Of a stretch of 64,000 nucleotides of DNA, positions 1 through 10,822 are shown piece after piece; positions within the stretch are counted from its first letter, which is position 1, and each line of letters starts with the position of its first letter. Source of the stretch: a virus; the IMG/VR virus record IMGVR_UViG_3300037054_000044, positions 21,206 to 85,205 of that record. One strand, given 5' to 3'. The position numbers and the translations under genes were made by a program. Under the pieces are notes generated by a model. The model did not search any database, was not told where the DNA came from, and saw only the letters and a program-made list of their open reading frames with translations.

Positions 1-3000
1 AACGCTCAAGACCTTCCCGAAGGTGCCTCCCCAAGGTGCTGGGATTGCGACTTCATTATCGGCAGCGTGTTCACTCGCGCTGGCCTGTCCTCAGTCTATT
101 CCTATGCATCATCTTTGAACATCACGATGCTGCAAGTAGGCAGTGGCAGCGTTGGTACATTTTCGTACTCAGGAAATTCGACTCCCACGGTGAACGAAGG
201 GTTCGTGCTTCAGGGATTCTCAGGAAGCGCACAGTCTCTGAACGGGCAAACGATCTTCGTGATCTACGTCAACGCCATCGCTGGTACCTTCACAGCCGAC
301 GTTGCGCTCCCAGCAGGGACGTACATTAACCTTACGGGAACTGCCGTGTCAATCGTTGGGCAGTTCCTTGGGCCTAACATTCCTACCGCAGCCGTGTCCG
401 TTGCGCTGAGCGGTGGAAACGCATGGCAGACGCCCAACAATGTCATGGGTACCGTAGGTTACGCAACGGTACTGTCGGGGTCCACGGTAGTCACATCTCA
501 AGTACCGCTGCTAGCAGGCAGCCTTCCAATAGGCGGCACCGTACTGTGGAACAACCCTAGTTTCCTGAACCACCCCAGCGGAGGCAACACCTTCGCCAGC
601 ATAACCATTGCTGCAGGGCAGGCGCAGAACCCACTCATAGCGTACAACGGTGCACTTGCAGTCCCAGCCGACGCGATTGTTAACGGCGTAACGGTTGCAG
701 TGTACGCTGGTAGCATGAATGCAGGTGGTTCACTGAGCATTCAACTGGCAGATGGAGACACAGACACAGCCGTAGGCACAGCAGTGAACATTCCCTTAGC
801 TGTTAACTCAGCTAAAGTGTACTCTGTTGGTTCTGCATTTTACCAATGGGGCACCACGCTGACGCCAGCCATGTTAAATGGCACGCACCTAGGCGTGATC
901 GTCAAAGCCGCAGTTACCAGTGGATCGACATTCATCTGGGCCAACGGTGTTATAGTCACGGTGTACTACACTTTGGCAGGAAGTTCTCAGGTACTGAAGA
1001 CAACTGGGTATGTGTTCTCTGCCCCCTCGACTGCAGGCGTCACAGGCTTCGGGGTCACATTCCAAGCCTTCACCACAGCGACCAACACACTGAGTGTGCA
1101 GTTGCTGAAGAACGGCATTGCAGTAGGTCAGCCAAAGACGCTGGCTCTTACCACGACTCCCACCATATACTCTTTGGGAGCCCCCAGTGATCTATGGGGC
1201 AGCACGTGGACGTACGCTGACATCAACAACACGAGTTTCGGCGTAGCCATTGTAGCTTCCGATAGCGGCACGGTCTCTATCAATGACCTAGACGTTCTGG
1301 CCTACATTACGCCAGCACAAGTCAATTTCAACTACGTCAAGTCATACATACAAGATGACGGACAGATCGACACCTTGGCACTGGATGCCTCAGGGCTCAT
1401 GTGGAAGGAAGACGTAACGAGTGCCCCCGGAGCACTGGCAGTGGTACTGTCAGGCATACTCCCCGGTTCATTTGCTAAAAGTGCCACAGCCGATAATAAC
1501 GAGTACATCATGTTTTCGGACCTAGCAATAGGAACGGACAGACCCCGCGTCTATTTCAGAGGCGAGCAGTTCCTTCCCCTATCGCAAGGTGGTCCCGGTG
1601 CACCTCCTACGGTCGTGGCATCACAAAGCACGGCAGGCGGTACGTTAGCGGTCACGGATTACTCTTCTGATGGAACGGTTATCACTTTCACCTTCACTGC
1701 TGTTGCTGGCTTCACGCCCGTCATCAACTCCCTGTACACCATTCAAGGGACAGGCGTAGCAGCGCTGGACAACCAGACGTTTGAAGTCGTTGCCCCAGTA
1801 TCTGGCACAACCTTCACAGCGTCGTTCGTGCACACGCCTATTTCCGGCAGCGGATTGGTAGGAGCAACGGCTGTCCCGACAACCTCCTATGGAATCACGT
1901 CCATCGTGCAGGATGGAAACACTTCTAGTACCCCACTTCAAGTTGGTTCTGTTCCATTCAATGGACAGATCACAACGTGGAGTGCTCAAGGACAGTTTGG
2001 AACTGCAGGAACCACGGTACGGTTCTACTACGGCAGTGCAAACTCTCCGCAGAACCAAAGCCTGTTGGACACCATAGCGGCGTATGGCACAGCGTACGTG
2101 TACATCGTAAGTACTGCAGCATGGCCGACAGCCACCACCATAGGAAGTGGAACATACCAAGTTATTAATACTGGAACTGCTATACCGGGATTCGGTGAGC
2201 ACCAACCTGTGCCGTGGTTTGAAATTGCATACGGCTCCTCTAGCGCAGTAGGTGGTCAGCACTGGGGCGATGCTCTAAACACGGGCAACACAGGGCATTG
2301 GCAACAGACGTTGGCAACCGTCACTACTGCAGTGGCTATACCGGGATTAGGTCCGGGTGGCAACCTTACCATACAAGGTGTGAACACATCTTGGGATAAA
2401 ACTTGGACAGTTCTGCAAGCCTTAAAAAGCAATGTGATGAGCATTAGTAGCGTTTCCATGGATGGAAGCGGTGTGGCAACATACGACTACAATGTGACCA
2501 GCGTTCCTGCGGTACTACCTGCGGCTGGTGAAGAAGTCACCATCACAGGCACTACCAATAGTATTGGTGCTCCGGGGATATTCAACACCGTAGGCATCAT
2601 CTCCAGTGCCAGCGGAACACAGTTTACAGTCGCAGGGTTTACACCCCCTGCAGGAGGTATTCCAAGTACCCCCCAGTCGGGAGCACAAGCCTCAACATCT
2701 GGCACACAGTTCACGTTTGATCCGGGTCAGACAGTGCCCAATGGAAGCAGCATCAACACCATCTACGGGAACGTAGGGGCTACTGGTTCAGTGTCCGTTA
2801 CTAACGGGGCATTTACCCCCATCGGACAGGGCACCAGACAGGCCGTGGTGTTCTTCATCACAACCAGCGGCTACGAGACAACGCCGTCTTACCCCGTCAC
2901 CTTCGACACGACGGCTAATTCTAACTTCCTCACTTTTTCAGGTGTTCCAATAGGACCGCCAGACACCGTGGCGAGGGGAATTGCCATCACCGAGGCTGGA

Positions 3001-5016
3001 CAAAACGGAGTACCGGGAGCAAACTTCTACGTCATCATGCAACCTGTTAAGGACATAGTAAACAGCGTGCCAGTGACGTACAGTTCTACGATCATCAACG
3101 ACAACACAACCACCGACAACATCCAGTTTACTTTCACCGATGCAGTTCTCTTGAATTCCAGAGAGATCGACATTCAAGGTGACAATCTGTTTAACTTGAT
3201 TGAGTTGGGAAGCGCAGCTTGGGTTGTGCCATATGTTGGTCGCAACTTCTACGGCTTGCAACTGAACAAGATTGACAACTGGTGGACAGGTGGTTCCCTT
3301 GCGTTTGACCAAGGATACTTGCCTGCCGCTGGAGGTAACATTCAACCCTTGGGATGGTCTACACTGAACAGCGTAGATCAGACACTGATTGTCAGTGCCA
3401 TAACAGGTGATGCTCTGTATATCAAGAACGTGAGTGGAGCAACTGCTCCTATCACAGGAATGGTGTGGCAGACTGCATACCAAGACTACTACGCAACGGC
3501 GATCCTTAAACCCAACGTCACTTACTCGGTGAGGGTGTCAGCATATATACCCTCGGGCATCACTGTTGGAAACTTAGTGATTGACTTGACGGATTACGTC
3601 ACTGGTATAGGTGCAGGGTTTGCACCTACGTCGTATGGCTCTTTCACCGTGCCGTTCTCAAGCATGTCAACTAACGACCAAGTGTTCACTGGGACACTGC
3701 TAACAGTTCCATTCCTGAACCAAGTATCGCCCAACGTACAGATTCGAGTGTATGGGACGAACATGGCAGCGGGAGCGGACCTTGCAGTTGATCGCATCGA
3801 AGTGTTCGAGACACTGACGCCTTACCTAAAGGCGCAGGTGTACGGCTCCTATGCGAACCAGCCCGAAGCAATCGACGCCTCAGGTACAGGCGGCATCATA
3901 GACACAACCTCCGAGAATGCACAGCCGTGCATGGGGGCCTTCGTGATGCACAACCTGTTGTACCTGCTGAAGACGCAAAGCTGGTACTCCACTCAAGACA
4001 ATCCAAACTCCGAACCCGGAGGTTGGGGGCTTAACGAGGTCTCGAATAAAGTAGGGACAATCGGAATCAACTCCTATGACACAGGAGAAGAGTGGTGCAT
4101 CACCGCATGTCGCTCTGGCATCTATGGCTTCGACGGTGGACAACCTACGAAGATATCACAGGAACTGTGGAATCTCTGGGAGTGCATCAACTGGGACGCA
4201 GGGAACACCATCGTGCTACGCAACGACGTGGTATCCAAGCGTCTCTATGTTGCTATTCCATTACCCACAGGGACTGACCCTGCCACAAGCAAAGCGCTCC
4301 CCTCGGTAAAATGGTTGCCAGCGGCTCCATACAATCCAACTCCAAATTCACCAAACGTTATGCTGATGATGAACTATCAAGGACTAGCTGACATCAAAGA
4401 AATGATGATGTCTCCCGAAGTCCATACTACGATGTTCGGCACTTTGGCAGCAGTTGACATGAAGCGGAAATGGACTATCTGGAACATCGCAACCCCAGAC
4501 ATGGAATTCATCATGCAGCAGGACGGAGAGTCAACTCCTCTGTACATCTGCAATGGTATCGCATCTTCCAAGATTTATAAGTTGGATCAGAACAAGTACT
4601 CTGATGACGGCCAGCCAATTAACAGCTTGTACACTACGTACGGGTTCGTCAATGCGGCTAAGGCTGCAACGCTGCCGATCTTTGGATTCCATCGTAAATT
4701 ATACACTGTTTTCCAAACATCCATCACAGGAGGACAACTGTACAAGAGCACGGCAACCAACGCAAAGATTAGAATGTTGCCAAACACTCTCAATCCTAAA
4801 TTCCCGTATACAGTGCCTGTGGGCATACCATTGGTTGATCCTGCTATGGATGACTACTTCCGCCCAATTAACACAGCGGGTAATCGTATGTTTGTGGAGG
4901 TGAGCAGTTTTGCGGTTGGTAGTTGGTTTAATCTTAGTAAGATACTTATTACTGGAAAAGCCGATCCGCACTCTACGCTCAATCCCACGGGCGGTGGGAA
5001 CGCAGGTATTGTGTAA
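1..5016 (+). CDS. Large virion tail hub/stabilisation protein (P22 gp10/T7 gp12-like C-terminus) with beta-rich insertions; 5' end lies outside the window
   Basis: Frame open from base 1 (NAQDLPEGASPRCWDCDF...). T/G/S/V-rich beta sequence. C-terminal GIYGFDGGQPTKISQEL..W..IN..RLYVAIP resembles podoviral tail hub proteins. Confidence 0.65.
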   Translation, partial: NAQDLPEGASPRCWDCDFIIGSVFTRAGLSSVYSYASSLNITMLQVGSGSVGTFSYSGNSTPTVNEGFVLQGFSGSAQSLNGQTIFVIYVNAIAGTFTADVALPAGTYINLTGTAVSIVGQFLGPNIPTAAVSVALSGGNAWQTPNNVMGTVGYATVLSGSTVVTSQVPLLAGSLPIGGTVLWNNPSFLNHPSGGNTFASITIAAGQAQNPLIAYNGALAVPADAIVNGVTVAVYAGSMNAGGSLSIQLADGDTDTAVGTAVNIPLAVNSAKVYSVGSAFYQWGTTLTPAMLNGTHLGVIVKAAVTSGSTFIWANGVIVTVYYTLAGSSQVLKTTGYVFSAPSTAGVTGFGVTFQAFTTATNTLSVQLLKNGIAVGQPKTLALTTTPTIYSLGAPSDLWGSTWTYADINNTSFGVAIVASDSGTVSINDLDVLAYITPAQVNFNYVKSYIQDDGQIDTLALDASGLMWKEDVTSAPGALAVVLSGILPGSFAKSATADNNEYIMFSDLAIGTDRPRVYFRGEQFLPLSQGGPGAPPTVVASQSTAGGTLAVTDYSSDGTVITFTFTAVAGFTPVINSLYTIQGTGVAALDNQTFEVVAPVSGTTFTASFVHTPISGSGLVGATAVPTTSYGITSIVQDGNTSSTPLQVGSVPFNGQITTWSAQGQFGTAGTTVRFYYGSANSPQNQSLLDTIAAYGTAYVYIVSTAAWPTATTIGSGTYQVINTGTAIPGFGEHQPVPWFEIAYGSSSAVGGQHWGDALNTGNTGHWQQTLATVTTAVAIPGLGPGGNLTIQGVNTSWDKTWTVLQALKSNVMSISSVSMDGSGVATYDYNVTSVPAVLPAAGEEVTITGTTNSIGAPGIFNTVGIISSASGTQFTVAGFTPPAGGIPSTPQSGAQASTSGTQFTFDPGQTVPNGSSINTIYGNVGATGSVSVTNGAFTPIGQGTRQAVVFFITTSGYETTPSYPVTFDTTANSNFLTFSGVPIGPPDTVARGIAITEAGQNGVPGANFYVIMQPVKDIVNSVPVTYSSTIINDNTTTDNIQFTFTDAVLLNSREIDIQGDNLFNLIELGSAAWVVPYVGRNFYGLQLNKIDNWWTGGSLAFDQGYLPAAGGNIQPLGWSTLNSVDQTLIVSAITGDALYIKNVSGATAPITGMVWQTAYQDYYATAILKPNVTYSVRVSAYIPSGITVGNLVIDLTDYVTGIGAGFAPTSYGSFTVPFSSMSTNDQVFTGTLLTVPFLNQVSPNVQIRVYGTNMAAGADLAVDRIEVFETLTPYLKAQVYGSYANQPEAIDASGTGGIIDTTSENAQPCMGAFVMHNLLYLLKTQSWYSTQDNPNSEPGGWGLNEVSNKVGTIGINSYDTGEEWCITACRSGIYGFDGGQPTKISQELWNLWECINWDAGNTIVLRNDVVSKRLYVAIPLPTGTDPATSKALPSVKWLPAAPYNPTPNSPNVMLMMNYQGLADIKEMMMSPEVHTTMFGTLAAVDMKRKWTIWNIATPDMEFIMQQDGESTPLYICNGIASSKIYKLDQNKYSDDGQPINSLYTTYGFVNAAKAATLPIFGFHRKLYTVFQTSITGGQLYKSTATNAKIRMLPNTLNPKFPYTVPVGIPLVDPAMDDYFRPINTAGNRMFVEVSSFAVGSWFNLSKILITGKADPHSTLNPTGGGNAGIV

Positions 5017-5019
5017 GAC

Positions 5020-5048
5020 TTGACTTTATACTAGGAAACTGGTATAAT
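5020..5048 (+). promoter_or_regulatory. Sigma70-type promoter for HNH gene
   Basis: TTGACT-17 bp-TATAAT with TG extension. Confidence 0.75.
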
Positions 5049-5050
5049 GA

Positions 5051-5105
5051 TTGTAGTGAGGCTCAGCCGTGAACTGCGCCTCACTGCAAATTCCTTTCAC
5101 GGAGG
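5051..5105 (+). promoter_or_regulatory. RBS-occluding pseudoknot leader, copy 1
   Basis: Stem 5051-5066/5074-5089; loop CCGTGAA complementary to TTCACGG (5096-5102), which overlaps SD GGAGG. Confidence 0.65.
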
Positions 5106-5110
5106 AAACT

Positions 5111-5710
5111 ATGTTAAAGAAGTGCACAGTTTGCAATGAAGAGTTTGAAGCATATCGGAGCGGCAAATTATGTTCCGATAAGTGTAGAGAAGAAAAAGAA
5201 CTACAAAGAAATAGAAAAAGAGCTAGAACCAAAAAGTACCAAGAGCAGCAACGAAGGTACAGAGAAGAACACCGTGTTGTAGCAGTTAAAAGACAAAGAA
5301 CATACTATGCTACTCACAAAGATCGACTCAATTCTACGCGCAGAAAGAAATATGCTAAAAACCCAGAGCCTGCAAAGCTGCAAGCAAAGACTTGGGCGCA
5401 GAAGAACAAACAGAGAAAAACTGCGACTGACAAGGCGTGGGTGAAATCTAACCCTGACAAGTTTAAAGCTGCGCAGCATAGACATCGCACTGCTAAGAAG
5501 AGCAACGGTGGTTCCTTCACCGCCGCTGAGTGGAACGCTCTGTGTAAGCATTACCACAACCGTTGCCTGTGCTGTGGAAAACGTAGGAAACTCACAGCAG
5601 ACCACGTGATCCCCGTGTCCAAAGGTGGATCGAGCAATATTAGCAACATTCAACCTCTTTGCGGACCTTGCAATTCTAGCAAAGGAATAAAGAGCACAGA
5701 TTTTAGGTAG
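5111..5710 (+). CDS. HNH homing endonuclease
   Basis: CLCC..LTADHVIPVSKGGSSNISNIQPLCGPCNSSK; GGAGG RBS before ATG 5111. Confidence 0.9.
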   Translation: MLKKCTVCNEEFEAYRSGKLCSDKCREEKELQRNRKRARTKKYQEQQRRYREEHRVVAVKRQRTYYATHKDRLNSTRRKKYAKNPEPAKLQAKTWAQKNKQRKTATDKAWVKSNPDKFKAAQHRHRTAKKSNGGSFTAAEWNALCKHYHNRCLCCGKRRKLTADHVIPVSKGGSSNISNIQPLCGPCNSSKGIKSTDFR

Positions 5711-5722
5711 AGGGAGAACTCA

Positions 5723-6349
5723 ATGGCACAAGGTGAAAATCAGCAGGTACAAGGTGGTCGTGAATTGGCGTACATAAACCAACGCGATGCCTATGCAGGT
5801 TCTCTGTTTGGTAGGCTTATAACTGCGATGAACACCCTTGCCAAGAACGCTGGTGTAGCTGCTGTAGGTAAAGTATCACCTCCTCCTCCGATTGATGCAA
5901 TTAACGTACAAGGAGCCTTGTCCGGGGGCATTATGACAGCTCCTTCAGAGATACTTCACTGGACCCTTCAACACTCTCAGGCCATACAGAAGAACATTCA
6001 TTACTTCAGTGAGATTGACACCGATCCAAACTTCCCAGCACCACACGTCGTTGCCCATGGCGCATCTCGTAGCGCATTTCTTACGCTACCTAAGATGGAC
6101 AACGCAGGAAATGTGCAAACATATTATCTAAGAAGCTACGCGCAGATGCCTGGGTCAAACCCATGTAAACCCAAGGTTCACGGCAACCTTGGTGGTGCAA
6201 TAGGAATTCAGATGACAGGTGCTAGTAAAACATCGCTCCTGCCATCAGCAGGAAGTGGCACAGCAAGTCCCAACGGACAGCAGGGTGGGTCGGGGCTTGG
6301 TGTTGTGTTAGACAGACCAGCACCGGGTCCGAAAAGGAATATAGCATGA
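5723..6349 (+). CDS. Putative virion structural protein
   Basis: 208 aa ORF with GGAG RBS, within the structural operon. Confidence 0.55.
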   Translation: MAQGENQQVQGGRELAYINQRDAYAGSLFGRLITAMNTLAKNAGVAAVGKVSPPPPIDAINVQGALSGGIMTAPSEILHWTLQHSQAIQKNIHYFSEIDTDPNFPAPHVVAHGASRSAFLTLPKMDNAGNVQTYYLRSYAQMPGSNPCKPKVHGNLGGAIGIQMTGASKTSLLPSAGSGTASPNGQQGGSGLGVVLDRPAPGPKRNIA

Positions 6350-6852
6350 TTGTTTACTTGGCAACGAACACTGTGAACGGTAAACAATACGTCGGGCAAA
6401 CTACGTCAACACTAGAACGACGTTGGCAAAAACATTACCAGTCTGCTCGGGCAAATAATCAACGTCATTACAAGATCAGTAGAGCACTCGTGAAGTATGG
6501 TAAGAATAACTTCACGGTAGAAGTACTTGCTGTCTGTAAGAACAAGACAGATATGGATAAGAAAGAAAAGTACTTCATAAAAACTTTGGAAACCAGAGAA
6601 AAAGGCTACAATATCACCTCTGGTGGAGAAGGCGCGGTAGGGTACAGACATACTTCTGCATCTAAATTAAAAATGCACACCGCACAACTTGGGAACACGA
6701 AGATGCTAGGCAAGCATACCTCTTTGCTACAAAAGCAGAGAGCAAGTGAGACATGGTTAGGTAGAAAACACACCGCTGAAGCCAAGGCGAAGATGAGAAC
6801 CGCAGCCCTGTTACGCCACAGAGAACGCAACAATAAAGGGCAATATTCATAA
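6346..6852 (+). CDS. GIY-YIG homing endonuclease with NUMOD3 repeats
   Basis: MIVYLATNTVNGKQYVGQT...GYNITSGGEG...HTAEAKAKM; ATGA-coupled to upstream gene. Confidence 0.9.
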   Translation: MIVYLATNTVNGKQYVGQTTSTLERRWQKHYQSARANNQRHYKISRALVKYGKNNFTVEVLAVCKNKTDMDKKEKYFIKTLETREKGYNITSGGEGAVGYRHTSASKLKMHTAQLGNTKMLGKHTSLLQKQRASETWLGRKHTAEAKAKMRTAALLRHRERNNKGQYS

Positions 6853-6863
6853 AGGAAAATGCA

Positions 6864-7472
6864 ATGATGAAAACAATTTTTGCCCTGATGTTTCAGGGCG
6901 TGTTCCCTTGTTTTATAGGGCTGGGCGGTAGCAAGTTCGCACCTTTAGCAGCGGCCAACACAGCGGCAGCGCAGGGTGCGGTGGGAACGTATGGTACTAA
7001 TGCGGCGACAGAAGGTGCTGCACTAAACCCTTTCTTCACCCAAGAGATGAACGCACAGCATTCCCTAAACCCTAATCAGACAGACGAGATGCTAACCGCA
7101 GCCGAAAGCGGTGCAGGTGCAGCGACGGGCGCTGAGCAAGGTGCATTGATTAACAACGCCACGCGCACGGGTAATGCTACGGGCGTAACTAAGTCTCTCG
7201 ATGAGATGGCTAGGGACAAGGCCAAGGCAGCAGCAGGAGCCAGCGAAGGTATCGCAGCGCAAGACGTAATGGGAGCCAAGGCTCTAAACCAGCAGGGCGC
7301 GGCAGGCATGCAAGGGCTGTACGGCGTCAACACTGGCGCTCAGTTGAACGCTATGAAGCAAGCCAACGCTGATGTACAGACACAACAGGAACTAAACCCT
7401 GGATGGTTGAAGGGTGTTGAAGGCATTGTAAACACAGCAGCAAACGCGGCTTCGGCTGCAGCCAAATTCTAA
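6864..7472 (+). CDS. Ala/Gly/Gln-rich DNA ejection (pilot)-like virion protein
   Basis: Composition and position after the tail hub. Confidence 0.55.
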   Translation: MMKTIFALMFQGVFPCFIGLGGSKFAPLAAANTAAAQGAVGTYGTNAATEGAALNPFFTQEMNAQHSLNPNQTDEMLTAAESGAGAATGAEQGALINNATRTGNATGVTKSLDEMARDKAKAAAGASEGIAAQDVMGAKALNQQGAAGMQGLYGVNTGAQLNAMKQANADVQTQQELNPGWLKGVEGIVNTAANAASAAAKF

Positions 7473-7481
7473 GGAGAGACC

Positions 7482-10400
7482 ATGGCAGACACGTTAACTA
7501 AACTTGGCGATAAAGTCAAGGATTACTGGGGCAAGATCAAGTCTCTCCCGCCTGATGAAGGCGAAGCACAAGCCATCAAGGAGAAGCAGGCCAACGTCGA
7601 TGCAGTGACAGCCAAGCCTACTCCAGAGCCAGAGCACACTGGAAGTGAACCTATGCCGCAGGGCAACTATGGATCACGCCCTGGTGAGAAACGACTAGAC
7701 TGGGCAATGAAGCCAGAGGCACCTGTTTACGACAATGGTGGGGATGTAGCCATGTCAGGCTTTAAAAAGATGGCACCATCTCTTGACGAGGAAGACCCAC
7801 ATCTTAAAGAGGAACAGATTCCTCAGTACACGCATGGCAATGACCCTGCAAGAGCCAAACCACAGCCGAAGGACTTCAATGGAGGCTCCGTGGGAGGTGT
7901 GCAAGACACAGCCCTGGCAACTCCTATGTATGCTCCTGGGCAAGCCCCAGCTATGGCTGCACCAATAATGGACAACGGCGGCGACGTGAAGAACATCAAC
8001 GATGGGCAGCATCAGGTGGCGATCCTGCAGACAGGTGAGCGAGTGCTCGACCGCGACGAAGCAGCACGCTATCGTCAGATGCACGGCTCAAAGATGCCGA
8101 CCATGCATGAGTCTATGGACGTGAACACAGGGAAGCCTTCATCGTCTTTGCCTGAGTTGACACCTGCGATTAAGCCGACACCCACAGCACCACTGTATGA
8201 CCAAGGTGGCATTGTAGGTGGCAGCAACCTGCGTAAGCTGGGAGCACCTGTCTACGACAACGGTGGGGAAGTGAAGACACAGCCTAGTTATGAGGAGAGA
8301 ATTGCACCTTACCAACTTCCTCGGGGATATGAAGATGCAAAACCTGTGCATGACACATTGCAACTTCCTAGGGGCTATGAGGACGCACAGCCTGTTTCAC
8401 GTTATGGCGAGGCTCAGGCTGTGGCAAATCGACCTAGAATTGGCATGCCAAAGATTAGCATGGAAGAGGATCACTCTACAGAGAAAAGATCAACACTTCC
8501 TGTCTATGATGACGGCGGTAGCGTGGACGTGAATGATGGGCAACACCAAGCAGCTATCTTAAAAGACGGAGAGCGCGTGCTCACCCCAGAAGAGAATGCA
8601 CAGTACAAAGCAGAGCACCCAGAGAAGGGTGCGCCTGCAGACTTCGGTGGACGTGTAATACCTAATCCCAAAGGCATAAAGCCTATGGACAGCGATGCAC
8701 CTCATGCACCGACACCCATGACTTACCCAGGCGGGGCAAAGATGAACATCGACAACGCTCCTCTGGATGACAAGGAGAGCGAGAAGACGTTCCCTACGGT
8801 CATGCCTACGGAAGCCAGTGCCAAAAGTCCAGCACGGCCTTACGCAGAGGTGGAAGCAGAGCAGAAGAAAGCAGCCGAAGCCAAAGTGAATGGAGATCAA
8901 GGTGCGCAAGTTGCTCCTGCTCCTACACAGGAGTCAGTACCTGAGCAGTTGCCTACCGCAACGCACGAAGAGCGCGTGGCGATTAAGCATGACGAGCAAG
9001 AGGCTATGGGCAAAGGCATCCAAGGGTTGACGCAACTTGGAATGTCAAAGATTCACGCTAAGCAGTTAGGCATCAATGAAGAGCCTAGCACCGAAGGCGT
9101 TACTGCCCCCAAGGAATTCGCACGGCCTGAGCAGGGTGGCTTCCCCAAGATGGGCGAAGCAACCCCCGAGGCAGCCGCACCCGCAGCACCCGCTGCTGGA
9201 GCACCTGCAGCACCTACTACTACCTCTGAGCGTTCCCCAGACTTCAAAGCTAAGCTGGCACAGTTGAACCAAGACCATGCCAATGCATTAGCAGAGCGTA
9301 CGCCTGAAGGCAAAGTTCGAGCGGATTATATTCAAGAGCAAATAAACGATCTGCACAAGAACAACCCATGGGGTACCGCTGGAAACAGACCAGGAGCGCT
9401 CGGGCGGCTGGGGCACATCGCTTCTAAGTTCGGTAACTTGGCGGGAGATGTTTTTGCTCCAGCCACGATGGAACTAATCCCTGGCACTGACCTGAACAAA
9501 CGAGTTCAGGAAGCTGGTCTGCAGAAGCAGACGCAAGCCGACGTTCAAGAAGCCACAGCACGTGAGGCTGAAGAGAATAAAGCAGGAAAAGTAGCGCCAC
9601 AAGACACCTACAAGGAAGCCACACAGGGAGGCATAACTGACCCTGCGCATCCTGAACTAGGACCGCAACAGGCGTATGTAGATGAGAAAGACCCAAGCAA
9701 GATTCACTTCGCAGGGCCTATGCCTCCCAAGGCAGGGGCAGAGAAGGACCAACCTGCCAACGTGGATCAGCAGAAGGATTACCAACAGCGCATTGCTAAC
9801 TCTGGGTTGACTGGACAAGCATTGCAAACTTATGGTACAGTACCTAAGGGAGCTACTACAGCCGAACTGGATAAGCGCTTCGATGAGGCTACTAAACTGC
9901 GTGGCATGAACCAGAAGGACCAAGAAACCGCAATCCAGAACCAAGCACGTAAGGACGCTGCCGATGAGAAGCAGTTTGAGCACGAACAGGCACGTGCTGA
10001 CAAGTTGGAGAACCAACACTTCAGTTACGTAGATGAAAAGGGACAGACACAAATCACCACTGGCGATAAAGTAAAAGAGTTGCCAGAAGGTACACAAACT
10101 ATCCCAATAAAAGACGTAGCCAATCTCGTTGGAGAAGCACGCTCTATGAACGCTGTGCAGGAGAACATGAATGTTCTGCACAAAGACATAGAAGAGCACC
10201 CAGAAGTGTTCGACAACGCAGCAGCACGCACTATTGTTCAAACTACTACTAAGGAAATGAACCGAGCATCTATAGGTCTGTTAGTTGCTGGCACAGGCAT
10301 GAATTTGCCTATTCCAGAAGGTTTTAACAACATGATAGATACAGCCCTGCAGAACAATGCACTGGACGCAAAAACAGCCAAGTCCGTAAAGAACTACATC

Positions 10401-10739
10401 GCAGACTACAAAGCCTTAAAAGACAAGGCAATGGTCATCCAGATGATGATGCAGAACGGCAAGATGGGTAGAGGTGGAATGCAGGCATTTGATTCCATCG
10501 TTAACCAACTGCCTGGAGGTTCAACTCCAGACAGCGCCACAGCCGCTCGTCAAATGGGAGCACTGCAGAACACAGTCAAGGGACTGATGGGTAAATACCC
10601 AGAAAAGTACGCTGACTACACCAAGGCTAAGCCGTATGAAGCCAAGGAGCAGGGTGCTGCCCCCAAGCAGGGTGACAAGCATCAATACGCTGGTGCCAAC
10701 TATACGTTTGACGGTAAACAGTGGGTGCAGCAAAAGTAG
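7482..10739 (+). CDS. Large internal virion/ejection protein with repeated P(V/L)YDxGG and AILxxGERVL motifs
   Basis: 1085 aa, RBS AAGGAG, low-complexity helical sequence, internal repeats. Confidence 0.6.
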   Translation: MADTLTKLGDKVKDYWGKIKSLPPDEGEAQAIKEKQANVDAVTAKPTPEPEHTGSEPMPQGNYGSRPGEKRLDWAMKPEAPVYDNGGDVAMSGFKKMAPSLDEEDPHLKEEQIPQYTHGNDPARAKPQPKDFNGGSVGGVQDTALATPMYAPGQAPAMAAPIMDNGGDVKNINDGQHQVAILQTGERVLDRDEAARYRQMHGSKMPTMHESMDVNTGKPSSSLPELTPAIKPTPTAPLYDQGGIVGGSNLRKLGAPVYDNGGEVKTQPSYEERIAPYQLPRGYEDAKPVHDTLQLPRGYEDAQPVSRYGEAQAVANRPRIGMPKISMEEDHSTEKRSTLPVYDDGGSVDVNDGQHQAAILKDGERVLTPEENAQYKAEHPEKGAPADFGGRVIPNPKGIKPMDSDAPHAPTPMTYPGGAKMNIDNAPLDDKESEKTFPTVMPTEASAKSPARPYAEVEAEQKKAAEAKVNGDQGAQVAPAPTQESVPEQLPTATHEERVAIKHDEQEAMGKGIQGLTQLGMSKIHAKQLGINEEPSTEGVTAPKEFARPEQGGFPKMGEATPEAAAPAAPAAGAPAAPTTTSERSPDFKAKLAQLNQDHANALAERTPEGKVRADYIQEQINDLHKNNPWGTAGNRPGALGRLGHIASKFGNLAGDVFAPATMELIPGTDLNKRVQEAGLQKQTQADVQEATAREAEENKAGKVAPQDTYKEATQGGITDPAHPELGPQQAYVDEKDPSKIHFAGPMPPKAGAEKDQPANVDQQKDYQQRIANSGLTGQALQTYGTVPKGATTAELDKRFDEATKLRGMNQKDQETAIQNQARKDAADEKQFEHEQARADKLENQHFSYVDEKGQTQITTGDKVKELPEGTQTIPIKDVANLVGEARSMNAVQENMNVLHKDIEEHPEVFDNAAARTIVQTTTKEMNRASIGLLVAGTGMNLPIPEGFNNMIDTALQNNALDAKTAKSVKNYIADYKALKDKAMVIQMMMQNGKMGRGGMQAFDSIVNQLPGGSTPDSATAARQMGALQNTVKGLMGKYPEKYADYTKAKPYEAKEQGAAPKQGDKHQYAGANYTFDGKQWVQQK

Positions 10740-10746
10740 AAGAAAT

Positions 10747-10820
10747 CTCAGGGCCTCGAACCCTGGGCTAGAGTCGGGAGGTGCCAGTTACACCTCCCTT
10801 CTCGACCTTAACTGGAGGAG
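10747..10820 (+). promoter_or_regulatory. Hairpin plus RBS-occluding pseudoknot leader, copy 2
   Basis: P1 CTCAGGG/CCCTGGG; P2 GGGAGGTG/CACCTCCC; loop CCAGTTA pairs with TAACTGG (10809-10815), overlapping SD. Confidence 0.7.
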
Positions 10821-10822
10821 CA

